From: Octopus sinensis
Lineage: Eukaryota
Direction of reading: 5' to 3'
NCBI RefSeq assembly: GCF_006345805.1
Contig: NC_042997.1
Coordinates: 119,970,001 to 120,034,000 of the forward strand
Length of the DNA: 64,000 nt
Below the pieces are notes generated by a model. That model was not told where the DNA came from, searched no databases, and worked only from the letters and a program-made list of their open reading frames with translations. Positions 1-12,012 of this stretch are shown one piece after another; position 1 is the stretch's first letter; each line of letters begins with the position of its first letter. The translations under genes were made by a program, and so were the position numbers.

Positions 1-557
1 GTATGTATGTATGTATGTATGTATATATGCATGAATGTATGTATGTATGTGTGTATGTATGTATTTGCATCCATCTAATGACAAGCATAATTAATAATAC
101 TATAACGTATAAAATCTTATTTAGGAAAAACCATGTAGAATTTCATCAACCAATACAATGTAAATTCGTAAATTATGCTTATCAATTATCTTACTTCTTT
201 TCACACTGTTTTAACACCCTCTTTCCTCATTATTATATTCAAACTTTTATTAATAATCTTTACGTATACTCGGTGAGCATGCAAAATCATTTGCTCGTGA
301 TGCAAATACGCTATGCAGTATTTCTACTGACATTACGCTCTGTGTTCAAATTCTCCCATGATCTGATTTGCTTGCACATCTCTTGAGGATCTATTCAAAT
401 AATTAAACATGAAGACTTGGGATCGATATTATCAACTAACAGCCTGCCACTAAATTTCATGTATTGTTCCTGAAATTGGTACTAATCTTGTGTATTAATA
501 ATTGTGTCTCACTTGGTCTATAAAAAATAAAGTTTTCAACGGAATGCAGAAGTTTCG

Positions 558-1727
558 TTATTTCAAAACTTTTCTCGTTGCAACGGGGTGATTCATGCGT
601 TCATTTAATTTGTTCCACAGTTTGTACATAATTTCGGTTTGAGGTACATGGTAAATAGCAATCTTTCTTTTGATGTCCTTCGAAATCTCATGCAAGGAAT
701 TACTAACACCAAATATATAGGCCGAATCATAGTTGGTATGTTTTATACCTAATGCATTGACTAGCATACCAGTTACATAAACATCATCGACCCAAAGACG
801 CGGAACTTTTAACGAAATTTTGAGTAAACGGACAGGCATGTCAGGGCTCAAGATATAAGCAGATCCCGAGCAATAAACTTCGAAAGTGCTATTAGGATAT
901 TCTTCAGTTGAAACATACCACTTACTCTTTTTGTTTCTGAGGACTGGCATTCCTTCCCATACATTACACAATATAAAATTTTGCCGAGCGTATTCGTACT
1001 GTTGTAGATATCTCAAATGTTTTACCACTTGAAAAATGTCGACTAATATATCATCATCTGTTTTCATTATATATGAGATATTGTGGCAGTTTGTTGCAAT
1101 CCAGCGCAACGCTGCCATTGCTTTGGAATTTAAGTTCCGATACGTGTCGTTGAATTCAGTCTGTAATATGTCATTGTAACGGGCAGATTCTATTTTGACC
1201 ATATCCATAACATGACGGTTGTTGACGACACCCATCACAAATAGTAACTTGGTTTTAAATTTACCCAACACTTTCTTGTCGCCCCATGTTTGCCGTATAG
1301 CCATTCGTCGCTTAGAGTTCTCTGGTGCTGAGTGAATATAAACAATCATAAAATCATCAGGTACACATAACAAAGAAGGGTTAATTATGTGATGTGTGTA
1401 ATAAGGCAGCTTTTCAGGCAACAACGACAATGAGGAGCTGTTCCTAAGTGAATCTTGAACTTTCAGAACCTCATTTCGTTTTGACTGTAAACCACTATTG
1501 AATGTTAATGATAAAACACGTACTAATGAACTATCAGTTTTGTTCTTATGTATATTTTCGTCGATCGTGATATTGTTATCTCTGGCATTATTCCTCATTT
1601 TACGCATTTCAATCTCTTGCCGTGGAAGTCGTTCCTTCGTAGAAATTACTTGAAGAAGAATGTAAATTGAAGAGATGGTTAGCAAGAGGAGAAGTATGCG
1701 GAATATTCTGGATCGGCGCAGCAACAT
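558..1727 (-). CDS. Beta-1,3-galactosyltransferase-like glycosyltransferase (GT31 / Galactosyl_T), single coding exon, 389 aa
   Basis: N-terminal TM anchor (ILLLLLTISSIYILLQVI); motifs IHSAPENSKRRMAIRQTWG, DILQTEFNDTYRNL, YIMKTDDD (DxD), YCSGSAYILS, WVDDVYVTG; open frame. The exact paralogue cannot be assigned. Confidence 0.93.
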   Translation of the reverse strand: MLLRRSRIFRILLLLLTISSIYILLQVISTKERLPRQEIEMRKMRNNARDNNITIDENIHKNKTDSSLVRVLSLTFNSGLQSKRNEVLKVQDSLRNSSSLSLLPEKLPYYTHHIINPSLLCVPDDFMIVYIHSAPENSKRRMAIRQTWGDKKVLGKFKTKLLFVMGVVNNRHVMDMVKIESARYNDILQTEFNDTYRNLNSKAMAALRWIATNCHNISYIMKTDDDILVDIFQVVKHLRYLQQYEYARQNFILCNVWEGMPVLRNKKSKWYVSTEEYPNSTFEVYCSGSAYILSPDMPVRLLKISLKVPRLWVDDVYVTGMLVNALGIKHTNYDSAYIFGVSNSLHEISKDIKRKIAIYHVPQTEIMYKLWNKLNERMNHPVATRKVLK

Positions 1728-1794
1728 TATTGCCGTATTTCATTATATGTAGAGCCTTTTGTTTTAGAAAATTCACTTCAAATACCAATTTGAA

Positions 1795-1812
1795 CTGTAA
1801 TAAGAAAATGTA
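1795..1812 (-). promoter_or_regulatory. Probable splice acceptor upstream of the galactosyltransferase coding exon
   Basis: Minus strand reads cattttcttattacAG|ttcaaat, about 68 nt upstream of the ATG; implies a 5' UTR exon further right. Confidence 0.5.
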
Positions 1813-2009
1813 AGAAATTTTAGCGAAACCAAAATCAAATTTATATTCGGGATTATAGATATAAATGCATATATGCTTATATATTGAAATATATGTGCAT
1901 ATGCCCGTACAGGCATATACATATTTTTAAAACTTGGCGCAAGTTCGAAGTCGCTCTCAAACATATTTTTACTTTCAAACAATATATATATATATATGTA
2001 TATATATAT

Positions 2010-2310
2010 CACCTGATCACGTGACCGACCAGACCATCAGATGTTACACATCGCTGGTCACAATGCGTATGCATTGATTTAGCCTTCAAATGGCGCCACC
2101 CCGCTGGCTAAGCGAGCAGGCCAACAGAAGAAAGAGTGAGAGAACGTTGTGGCGAATGGGTACAGCAGGTATCCCCCTCCTCTGCCAGAGCCTAGTGGAG
2201 CTTTAGGTGTTTTCATTCAATAAACACTCACAACGCCCGGTCTGGGAATCGAAAGCGAGATCGTATGACCGCGAGTCCGCTGCCCTAACCACTGGAACAT
2301 TGCGCCTCTA
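2010..2310 (-). mobile_element. tRNA-derived SINE
   Basis: Minus-strand head GAGGCGCAATGTTCCAGTGGTTAGGGCAGCGGACTCGCGG...TTTCGATTCCCAGACCG carries A-box/B-box-like motifs; microsatellites flank it. Confidence 0.75.
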
Positions 2311-2328
2311 CACACACACACGCATATG

Positions 2329-2367
<39 letters not shown>

Positions 2368-3158
2368 CGTATCCTACCTTTTAACCCTATACTGTAAGTA
2401 TATTACTCTCTAACATTGGTACGACTCGACTACACTGTCTTTTTCCCCCCTCTCCTACTTTTCTCTGCCTTCACCCTTTTCACTCCCCTTGTTCTGTCTC
2501 TTTCCCTCTTTTTCTTCTCCTCCCTTGTTCCCCCTCTTTCTTTCTCTCTTCCTCCGTCCCTCCTCTCCCACATTTCTCTGCCTCTCAGACCTTATACCCC
2601 ACTTGACCTGTCCCTTTCCCTCTCCTGCTTCTCTCTTCATCTGTCCCTTTCTCCTTTTTGTGCTCACGTGACCAGCTAGCTACCACCGCCTTTCGCATCA
2701 AGTAGTTGGCGTGACCACACGTATGTGTTTGTGCTCCGTTTGCCTTCAGGCACTTATTCCACAGCCAGCCTATACTCTCCTCATCCTGTCGAAAGACGCT
2801 TGTCCTGACGTCCTGGTTTTGTTATGATTGTTTTTACGTTATTTTGTATTTTTATCCGTGCTATCTTTATTGTTTTTACGTATTTTTAAATATTTTTTTC
2901 GAGTAACATCGTCCGTTTTTCCGTCACCGTGTTGTATACTTTCGAGGTTTTCTTCCAAGGAATCTAATGCGATTGGCTTAGATTTCCCTTGGCGGGCTGC
3001 CCAGATTGGAGCAATCTCAAGATTAATCAGCCGAAATTGCGAAGATGATCTGGTTCTTGACTGATGACTGAGAGCTTCGAAAGTCCCGTCTGTGTGTTTT
3101 TTTGTCGTCTTCAAAATGTTTCACGTTCTTGTCCCAGTTTGTGTTTTTTTAACGTTTA

Positions 3159-3189
<31 letters not shown>

Positions 3190-3193
<4 letters not shown>

Positions 3194-3447
3194 TAATAAA
3201 GATAAAAATCAAATTTCACCCAATATAATATATATATATAAAAAATTAGAAAAAACGCCACCTTTATCAATTCAAAATGAAGACTTAAATTACACCATCT
3301 AGAACATTACATATAAGAGAAATATTAAAATTAAAATAACAATAAAATGTCAATGATTAAGTAAATTGCAAAAAAATATTATATTAATAAAAATGTATAT
3401 ACTTTGTAGAATAACGACACGTATTTCGTGGCTATATTTAGAACCTT
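3190..3447 (-). mobile_element. AT-rich non-autonomous PLE-type repeat (same family as 7700-8055 and 32500-32910), retaining only the 3' half of a hammerhead
   Basis: Reverse complement of much of 7770-8040; contains tagccacGAAAtacgtGTCgttatt at about 3408-3440. Confidence 0.65.
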
Positions 3448-3808
3448 TATATATAAAGGGATCTAACGAATTACATTCAATTTAATTTAAGAATTAAGTT
3501 CGTCAGACAATATATTATTTAATTATTAGGTGGCTTATTTATTTGTAATATAAAATTTTAATTTAATTAGCTATTATATCATTTGATATTTAGTCAACTT
3601 TGTTATAGATTGTGATATTAAATCTATAGATACTACACATGTATGTTTATTATATAGTTAGCTTATTTAAGGAGTTTGTCTATATTTGAACCATTTCTTA
3701 TTTTCATTACAATTTAATGACTTGTCCTAGCTTTGTGTATTTTTTTAATTTTAAAGTATTTAATAATTTAAGTATTGTTTTAGTGTTCACTTAAGTATAT
3801 TTAGTATA

Positions 3809-3864
<56 letters not shown>

Positions 3865-4090
3865 ATATATATATAAGCAATAATAAATCTCTGAAGGAGA
3901 TGTAAAGATTAACCGCTCGACAACGTAAAGTATACTAGCCATCTCAATATGGCTAACCACTAATGGTGGGTGTTATTGTCGCTTTTAGCCCCAGGAGATC
4001 ATCGTCTCCAGCTGGCTTTAGACACACTTTCTGTGCCTTTATGATATTCGCAAAGGCAGGTCATCCCCTTCCGTAAACTTAAGTGATACG

Positions 4091-4131
4091 CACGGACTAT
4101 AGTTTCGAGGTTCTTGTCTCTTGTCAACATA
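4091..4131 (-). ncRNA. Type I hammerhead ribozyme, U3-A8 variant (one stem II mismatch)
   Basis: tatg TTGACAA gaga caagaa cctc GAAAC tata GTC cgtg on the minus strand. Confidence 0.7.
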
Positions 4132-4383
4132 CGATAATCAGCGGTTTTCGATGAGGAGAGACCTGTTTGCGAATATCACTTTAATGTTTTTTCTCAGTAA
4201 CCACTGTCACTGATTCTGAAAAAAACTGTTTGAAAGCAATAATAAATCTCTGAAAAAGATGTAAACAGTAACCGCTCGACAACGTAAAGTATACTAGCCA
4301 TCTGGCTAACCACTAGGGGTGGGTGTTACTGTCGCTTTTAGCCCCAAATATTCGCAAACAGGTCTCTCCTCATCGAAAACCGG

Positions 4384-4424
4384 TACGTTGACAAGAGGCA
4401 AGAACCTCGAAACTATAGTCCGTG
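4384..4424 (+). ncRNA. Type I hammerhead ribozyme, U3-A8 variant
   Basis: tacg TTGACAA GAGG caagaa CCTC GAAAC TATA GTC^cgtg: stem I 4 bp, stem II 4 bp, palindromic stem III ACTATAGT; predicted cut after 4420. Confidence 0.8.
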
Positions 4425-4664
4425 CGTATCACTTAGGTTTACGAGAGGGGATGACCACCCTTTGCGAATATCATAAGGGAAAGTGTGTCTAAAGCCAGCT
4501 GGAGACGATGATCTCCTGGGGCTAAAAGCGACAGTAACACCCACCCTTAGTGGTTAGCAATATTCAAATGGCTAGTATACTTTACGTGATTGATATATAT
4601 ATATACTAGCTGAAGGTGACCCGCTCTACGCGCGGGTAAGAGTGTGGGTGTTACTTTCTGTTGC

Positions 4665-4982
4665 TTCCTTTCAGCACGTAAAAAGCACCATCCGAACGTG
4701 GCCGATTGCAGCACTGCCCTGACTTGCTTCTGTGCCGGTGGCACGTAAAAAGCACCAACCGATCGTTGCCACTGCGAGCCCCCCTGGCACCAGTGCCGGC
4801 GGCACGAAAAAAGCACTCACTACACTGACAGAGTGGTTGGCGTTAGGAAGGTCATCCACCTGTAGAAACACTGCCAGATCAGACTGGAGCCTGGTGCAGC
4901 CTCCTGGCTTCCGAGACCCCGGTCACACTGCCCAACCCGTGCTAGCACGGAAAACGGACGTTAAACGATGATGATGATGATG
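4665..4982 (+). mobile_element. SINE-like repeat with internal tandem module and (GAT)n tail
   Basis: gcacgtaaaaagcacc module repeated 3 times; central gtggttggcgttaggaagg; ends ggaaaacggacgttaaacgatgatgatgatga. Confidence 0.65.
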
Positions 4983-5793
4983 ATTCTCCGTATTTGTTTC
5001 TCTCTCCGTTCTCTCTCACTTTCCCACTCTCTTACTTTGCTTTTCTCTCGGACTCTCCCTCGCTTTCTCTTACTCTCTATCTTTATCTATCTCTCTCCCA
5101 TTTATAAACAACAGAAGATCTTGAGTTTGTTGAGAAATAAAATATTTAGAAAGATCAATCAGAAATATGAGGCAGTGGCAATGGAAAGGTCTGCTTCAAG
5201 GCAGACAGCAAAACGCTAACACTTAAAAGGGACAGACGAACTTGCGAGCTGAATAAAAATAATAAAATATTGGAAAGCAAAGTTTGAAGGGATAGAATCT
5301 GAGGATAGTAGAGTCACCATGGATGGCGGACAGCAACGTAGTGACAGTTTAATGGCTGGCGTAAAATTTTGAACTTGATGTAAAAGAAAATTCGTAAACA
5401 CCAGGTTTTGAAGTGATTCTTTCTCACGACAGTAGACTCACCATGGCAAGCATTCAAAACTTCTTTATCATGGACGGCAACACATTGACGATTAAAAGGC
5501 TGGCGCAAATTTTTTAGCTTGATGTAACAGAGAATTCCTAAACACCCGCTCCTTGAAATTTTAATCCCCTTCCAGCCCCATTTAGACCCCTTTTCACATT
5601 TTAGTTAATATAACCCGATTTCATTCGGGTCTACTGGGGCCACATTTTATAAGATGATGAATTTTGTCCTAGAGGTGACGCCTTTCATTTGAGGAACAAA
5701 ATAGTTGTCATGCAAACTTGTCAGCACTTTTAACATAGGTGTGCATATTTTCAGCTGAATCGACCGACTACGTAATGCACACATTATATATAC

Positions 5794-5841
<48 letters not shown>

Positions 5842-5987
5842 ATGCACGCATTATATATACAAATGTATACAAATGAGATATATATCTGTATAAATTAAAT
5901 TAGAGATAAAACCACTAATAGGCAAATCAAAGAGTGAAAAACCAAAAACAAAAACATAAAAAAAGAAAATATAACATAGAAAATATA

Positions 5988-6901
5988 TCTATATATATAA
6001 AACTGTAGTTGTGTGAGTGTCTGTCCCCTTCGATTTAGATTCCTAACTACTCCCACATTTTGCGGTGCAGTTTAACCAAATTCGGGTATCTTATAGTCGT
6101 GATTTATATTGAGCCCGTCTGGGTATTAGCGCGCGTCTACGATGAGTCAACGATTTTAAAAATAATTTAACATCATTTTTTATTCCATTTTAATGCATAT
6201 TTTTTCGTGTGTCGATGGCGGCGGAGTTGGCGACCACGCTCACGCCTGCACCTGTTTGCTTCTCCCCCTTCTTCCCTCCCTCGTGAAGCTGTGGGGAAGG
6301 GAGTGTAAGGAAATCAACGTCGTAATGCGTTGTGAAGGAGACCAGCGTTCTTTTAGAACAACGACTTCATGGCTTGAAGTCGCCAAAACAGAAATCGCTA
6401 AAAAAGCTGAAACAGATCCACAAAAACGGCAAAAACCGCCACACAGGGCAGGGTTCCTGTGCAAACGATTTGCACAACCGAATGTTTTAGTTGTTGCACA
6501 AATCTTTATATGTAAAAGTAAGGTTGTGTGTCTGTCTCCTACGATTTAGATTCCTAACTACTCCCACATTTTGCGGTGCAGTGTAACCAAAACCGGGTAT
6601 CTTATAGTCGTGATTAATATCGAGCCCTTCTATGTATTAGCGCGCGTCTACAATGAGTCTACGATTTTAAAAAAAATTTACCATCATTTTTTATTCGATT
6701 TTAATGCATTTTTCGCTATTATATAAGGGAAGTAACTCTCTAAAAATGTCTACGATGAATCAACGATTTAAAAAAAAAATACTATCATTTTTTATTCCAT
6801 TTTTAAAGCATTTTTTGCTATTTTTTTTTGCTATAACTCACTAAAATGCTTATATAGTTATTTCCCTTACAAATCCGAGCAACGCCGGGCGATACTGCTA
6901 G
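5988..6901 (+). mobile_element. Non-autonomous Helitron
   Basis: 5' TCTATATATATAAAA; 3' GC-rich subterminal motif gagcaacgccgggcgatactg then CTAG; sits between A and T; internal direct repeat about 6010-6190 vs 6520-6710. Confidence 0.75.
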
Positions 6902-7045
6902 TAAAATATAAAATTGAAAACTTTAAATTATTTAAATTGAAAATAAAAATTTTTAAATTATATTGATAATTTGTTTAAAAATATATATAACTATGAAAAA
7001 GTATGAAAAATTTTAATATACATAAATACAGATATATTCACTTTG

Positions 7046-7240
7046 TATATATACATTATATATACATATTTATATATAGAACACACACACACACATACAT
7101 TATATATACATATTTATATATAGAACACACACACACACATACATTATATATACATATTTATATATAGAACACACACACACACACACATACATTATATATA
7201 CATATTTATATATAGAACACACACACACACACACACATAT
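7046..7240. repeat. Compound minisatellite (about 45-nt unit x4)
   Basis: atacattatatatacatatttatatatagaacacacacac repeated. Confidence 0.85.
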
Positions 7241-7706
7241 AAATGAACGCAAGAATATCTGATTCATAATATTTGTTCTCATGCTCGTGTGTTGTTTGTT
7301 GGTGACAGACATATACTTAAAAGAACGCCGCCGAAGTGATAGGAAGGTAGGAAACAGAGTCAGTGAAAAAGAAAGGAAATAGCGATAGTGACAGATACTT
7401 TAAATAACGGTAGTGGACTTCTGAAAGTTATGAAGAGGAGTAAGAGAGGGAAAGGAGGAAATAGGGTGAGTGAGGAAGATGGCCCCTAGCAACCACACCT
7501 TTTAAGATAGGGATTTCTAAAGTAGCCCACGCGCATCGTCACCTCATTCTACATGTTCCTGTAAATTTTGGAGCGAATCGGACGGGATGTAGTGGCATTG
7601 AAAGCGAACCAAGCGGTAAAAACGCATTTCAGTTTTATATATAGAGATATATATATATATTAAGGTATATTTATTAATTAATTATTTTATTGTTCTAGTT
7701 TATTTT

Positions 7707-7795
7707 TAACCTGATGAGTGACTATATTTATATCGAAGTGATTTCTCTACTACTATAATCATTTCTTAAATATAGCTACGAAACACGTGTCGTTA
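7707..7795 (+). ncRNA. Type I hammerhead ribozyme with extended stem II
   Basis: taac CTGATGA gtgactatattta...taaatatagctac GAAAC ACGT GTC^gtta; canonical core; palindromic stem III ACACGTGT. Confidence 0.8.
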
Positions 7796-8339
7796 TTCTA
7801 CAAATTATATACGTTATAATAATATTTTTTTGCAATTTACTTAATCATTGACCTTTTATTTTTATTTTAATTTTAATATTTCTCTTATATGTAATTTTCT
7901 AGATGGTGTAATTTAAGTCTTCATTTTGAATTGATAAAAGGTGGGCTTTTTTCTAATTTTATATATATATATATTATATTGGGTGAAATTTGATTTAGGT
8001 TTTCTAAATTGAATTTTTTTCCTTGTAAGTTTGGATTTTATTCCCTCATATTATAATTATATATATATATATATATATAAATATGTGTGTGTGGTGTGTG
8101 TGTGTGTGTGTGTGTATGTGCGTGTATGTGTGTGTAAATGTGTGCATGTAGATATGTATGAATGCGTATGCATTGTACGATTGATAGGAAATATATTCCT
8201 TTCAAAGAGAAATACATACTACACTGCGGAAGAAATTCCGTTTTTGTCTATTGAATTAAATTTAGCAGTTAGTTCGAGGTAATTCGCATGTTCTCGCAGT
8301 TTCCGATTTTGGTTAGGCTTCACTAAAAATAAATAAACG

Positions 8340-9330
8340 TTGTATCGAATACCCAAACCTCGACACCGTGATGACTTGTGCCGAATTCATGTGAAATCCC
8401 TATTCCATATGGCACATTTATATTTAGTTCAAAATATTCCAGAGAATATTTTTATGCTCTCTGAGGATTGCGACACTAATTTTGAGCTGAGCCTATTTGA
8501 AAATCAGAATGCTCTGCAAACGTTTAATCACACAGTGTTGAATAATCTTGCAAGTGATCTAAATTTTCTGAAAAATTTGCGGTAATTTTAGCTACACAAT
8601 TTAGAGTGAAAAATGTGCTTAATTCAAACATATACATTACATGTTATAGAAAATGTATTAGGAGTTCAATAAAAAAGTTTTAGGATTTCAATAAAAATCA
8701 TGTTTGTTTAGTAGTAGTATATATATATATTCACACACAGAAGGAGATATATTTAAGAGTTTCCAAAGAATAGTTTGGTATGTTGCTGCAAAGTACCTGG
8801 TTTGTTACTGGAGAGTGGGGTTGAGTCTTACGATGCAAACGATGGCATCTGTTTTTAAAGGAGAATAATTTTGAAGTCTTTGTTACTGCATAATGGCAGT
8901 CTATATGGTTCGTTACTGACTGGGTACTCAAAAAATATAACAGAAAATTATTAACATATAGAAAAGGTTTTAAACCTTATCACATATATGAAGGACAACT
9001 GGATCGTAAGTGTTCAATTAAAAATTCTTAATTTTCTGCTAGGACAACCAGCAGTGTACATTAAATAACCTTGTTTACTTTGCATATGGGACAGCGGAGC
9101 CAAGGAGAAGTATTATTTCTAACAAATCTGACCAGCAGAAACATCAGTTACTATCGTAGAGGAAACAACGTAATTAATCCACCTAGGCCTTATCGAACAT
9201 TATGTAAAAGCTTTAGATACAATCGGCGAGTGTTTCAAATGGATAACTTCAAAATTTCCAAATTTAAATTATGAAAAATTCAAGGCCGGAATTTTTGACG
9301 TTCCGCGAATAAAAGCATCAACGAAAGGAA
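8340..9330 (+). pseudogene. Degenerate DNA transposase relic, CMC/Chapaev3-like
   Basis: Peptides FNHTVLNNLASDLNFLK, GNNVINPP and LGLIEHYVKALDTIGECFKWITSKFPNLNYEKFKAGIFDVPRI in shifting frames, recognised from memory of this family; family name less certain than the transposase call. Confidence 0.55.
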
Positions 9331-9427
9331 TGCGAAAAAAATGATTAAATTTCAATTAAATAAATCATTTGATCACTTGTTTTCTGTATTCAAAATTCAT
9401 ACAGAACTTATAGGATGACATGGTATA

Positions 9428-10330
9428 TGGGTCTGATCAATAAGTATCGGACTTGTTGCCATAGTAACAAAGTTACACGAGGCGGAGTAGAGCCGCTCAT
9501 AACAGCTTTGGCCTCGAACTCTGTTGTGCATGCGCACTAAGTTTTAACGTTGTAGCTCACTTCCGTTGTTGATAGTAGTGCTTGGAATGAAGGTGTGTTG
9601 AGAGTTATCGTTGCATTGAACATGAGAGATAAATTTGTCATGACGATACCTACTCAGAGGCCTACACAATGTTGCAAAAAGTTCAGGGAGAGGAGTGTAT
9701 GAAGTGCACACAATTGTATTAGTGGTACACACGTTTCCAAATCTGACAGAAAAAATATTGATGTCGACAACCGTTCTAGGAGACTCACAACTAGCAGAAC
9801 TGAGAAAAACATCGCAGATGTGTGTCCATCTGTCAAAGAAAATCATCGAATCGTCGTCCGTGAGCTATCAGATATGTAGATTAGTTACGGTTCACTTCAG
9901 TCCATTATGATTGAAGATGTGGGTATGAGACACGTTTCTGTCACGTGTGAGCCAATATCGCTTTCAACTGACCAAAAAGACACTCGGGTTTCGATTGAAC
10001 AACATCCCCTTGACTGTGCCGAGAACTATGTAAACATTTTGAAAATTTTACGTATGCCTCTGGGCAAGTATCCCTATGCTTTTGGTAAAATTTGATGCAG
10101 ATTCTCTTACAATAACTCTAATACTAGCCTCTCTGTCATGGTCAATGCGACAATCACACGCTACACCTTCCTTCCAATCACTTCAGTAAAAAGCGAAAGT
10201 GAGCAAGAGCGTTAAAACGTAGTGCACCTGCACAACAATGTTCAAGGTCAATATATGCCAACCGGCTCTCTCCTGCGTTATTTAGCTTCCTTACTCTTGC
10301 AACAGACCGGATACTTATTGATCAGACAAA
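9428..10330 (+). mobile_element. Internally deleted mariner (Tc1/mariner) element
   Basis: TIRs gtctgatcaataagtatc(c)gg at 9431 and the reverse complement at 10307-10327; N-terminal HTH transposase relic (AYTMLQKVQGEECMK...SRTEKNIADV...EDVGMRHVS). Confidence 0.8.
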
Positions 10331-10666
10331 TTTTATAGGTCAGAGATGAAGTAATATTGATATACACACGCGGATATACATATTCCTCTTTGCGGCAGTC
10401 TACACATATGTAGAAACCAATCTATATATTTATGTATATATGTATGTGCGTGCATATCTGTGTGTCTATGTAAATAAGTATGTATCTATGTGTGTATGCA
10501 TGTATGTATTATGTATGTATGTATATATGTATGTGTGTATATGTGTGTGTGTAATGAGTGTTGGAAGTGATGTACGCGTATTATATATTAAGAAATCCGA
10601 GAAAACTTTTAGATAATTAATGGTTATTAGTGCATTCGTTCAGGCGAGCAATTCACCTATATACAT

Positions 10667-10748
<82 letters not shown>

Positions 10749-10764
10749 ATATATATATATACAT

Positions 10765-10814
<50 letters not shown>

Positions 10815-11183
10815 GATTATTCTTTATTGGCGTTGGGTTCGTTCAATCGAACTGTTAAGATATTTACTCACACACAGTCACACGTACACACCCACACACA
10901 CACACACACATTTATATATATATACATATACATATATATATATTAAAACCTTAATATCTACAAATTTCTTTTTAAATTTTACATTGCTTTTCTTTTCTTT
11001 CTTTTCTCCCCGAGTATTCATTGCAAAAGTACTACAGTATTCTTCATCTGGACAGACAAACGATCGTCTCAAGAAAACTTTAAAATTGTAACGTATTAAA
11101 TTTTGTATGAAACTTATCCCTCACTAACCAAATATCTACACAATTGAATTCAGAATTTCAGAAATTCAACGACATGAATATCA

Positions 11184-11229
<46 letters not shown>

Positions 11230-11400
11230 CATTATATATAAGGGCTTAGTAAAATAAATTACTTTGCCACATACTGAACTCATTAGAAATAGCAGCTATT
11301 TCTAATACTTAAAGAAGATCTCTCTCAGATAGTGTTTGCCTAAACCAACTCACAAAGGTATGGGGGAAAAAACATTAAAAAATCAAGTGCAAAGGTTATT

Positions 11401-11452
11401 TGAGAACGTACGTTTCTAGATTAGTCAATTCGACATTTCTTTCGTCAGCTCA
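11401..11452 (-). ncRNA. Type I hammerhead ribozyme (left palindrome arm)
   Basis: Reverse complement of 11637-11688. Confidence 0.7.
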
Positions 11453-11636
11453 GAATTCCTTGAATCGTATTTGGGAACACTGAAAGTTGGGAGCATACCC
11501 TTTCGGCTTCTCATCACCTCTAGAATTCTGCTCGAACTAAAAGCACTTTCAGTTCGAGCAGAATTCTAGAGGTGATGAGAAGCCGAAAGGGTATGCTCCC
11601 AACTTTCAGTGTTCCCAAATACGATTCAAGGAATTC

Positions 11637-11688
11637 TGAGCTGACGAAAGAAATGTCGAATTGACTAATCTAGAAACGTACGTTCTCA
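11637..11688 (+). ncRNA. Type I hammerhead ribozyme
   Basis: tgag CTGACGA aaga...tcta GAAAC GTAC GTT^ctca; stem III ACGTACGT; base of stem II imperfect. Confidence 0.7.
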
Positions 11689-11951
11689 AATAATCTTTGC
11701 ACTTGATTTTTTAATGTTTTTTCCCCCATACCTTTGTGAGTTGGTTTAGGCAAACACTATCTGAGAGAGATCTTCTTTAAGTATTAGAAATAGCTGCTAT
11801 TTCTAATGAGTTCAGTATGTGGCAAAGTAATTTATTTTACTAAGCCCTTATATATAATGTAATATTTTGAATTCGCCTAAAATGGTCCCTTTACATACTG
11901 AATACTTGGTGAAATTGATTAATAATTAATTAATTTTACCCTCAATTGTTG

Positions 11952-12012
<61 letters not shown>

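Larger units (their letters stand above)
3875..4590. mobile_element. Retrozyme-like non-coding fold-back element (family 1): 359-nt monomer plus partial repeat, then an inverted arm
   Basis: aagcaataataaatctctgaa occurs at 3875 and 4234 (period 359); 4347-4585 is the reverse complement of about 3932-4176; (TA)n lies on both sides. Confidence 0.8.
11224..11865. repeat. Near-perfect 642-bp palindrome (315-bp arms, 12-nt spacer) carrying two hammerheads
   Basis: 11224-11538 is the reverse complement of 11551-11865, with one mismatch that I could see; spacer aaaagcactttc. Confidence 0.92.

Noticed and set aside
2416-2679. Hydrophobic or charged ORFs in a pyrimidine-rich tract
   Set aside because: Low-complexity CT-rich sequence typical of pLTR remnants.
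3061-3090. CTGATGA...GAAA hammerhead-like string
   Set aside because: Stems I and II do not pair; at best a decayed relic.
4607-4640. ctagctgaag, matching 10 nt of the ORF1-element TSD
   Set aside because: It reads as a minus-strand Helitron 3' end (CCCGCGCGTAGAGCGGG...CTAG); the match is probably chance.
10620-11091. Long ORFs rich in YI, CV, poly-L/I/S/Y (also 3-386, 12861-13233, 14628-15059, 36606-37431, 43017-44427, 49760-50254, 57455-57744, 60035-60588)
   Set aside because: These are translations of (TA)n, (CA)n and (ATT)n microsatellites.
11572-11600. GTGATGA-gaagcc-GAAA as a second hammerhead in the palindrome
   Set aside because: G at position 3, no real stem II, and no UH cleavage triplet closing stem III.
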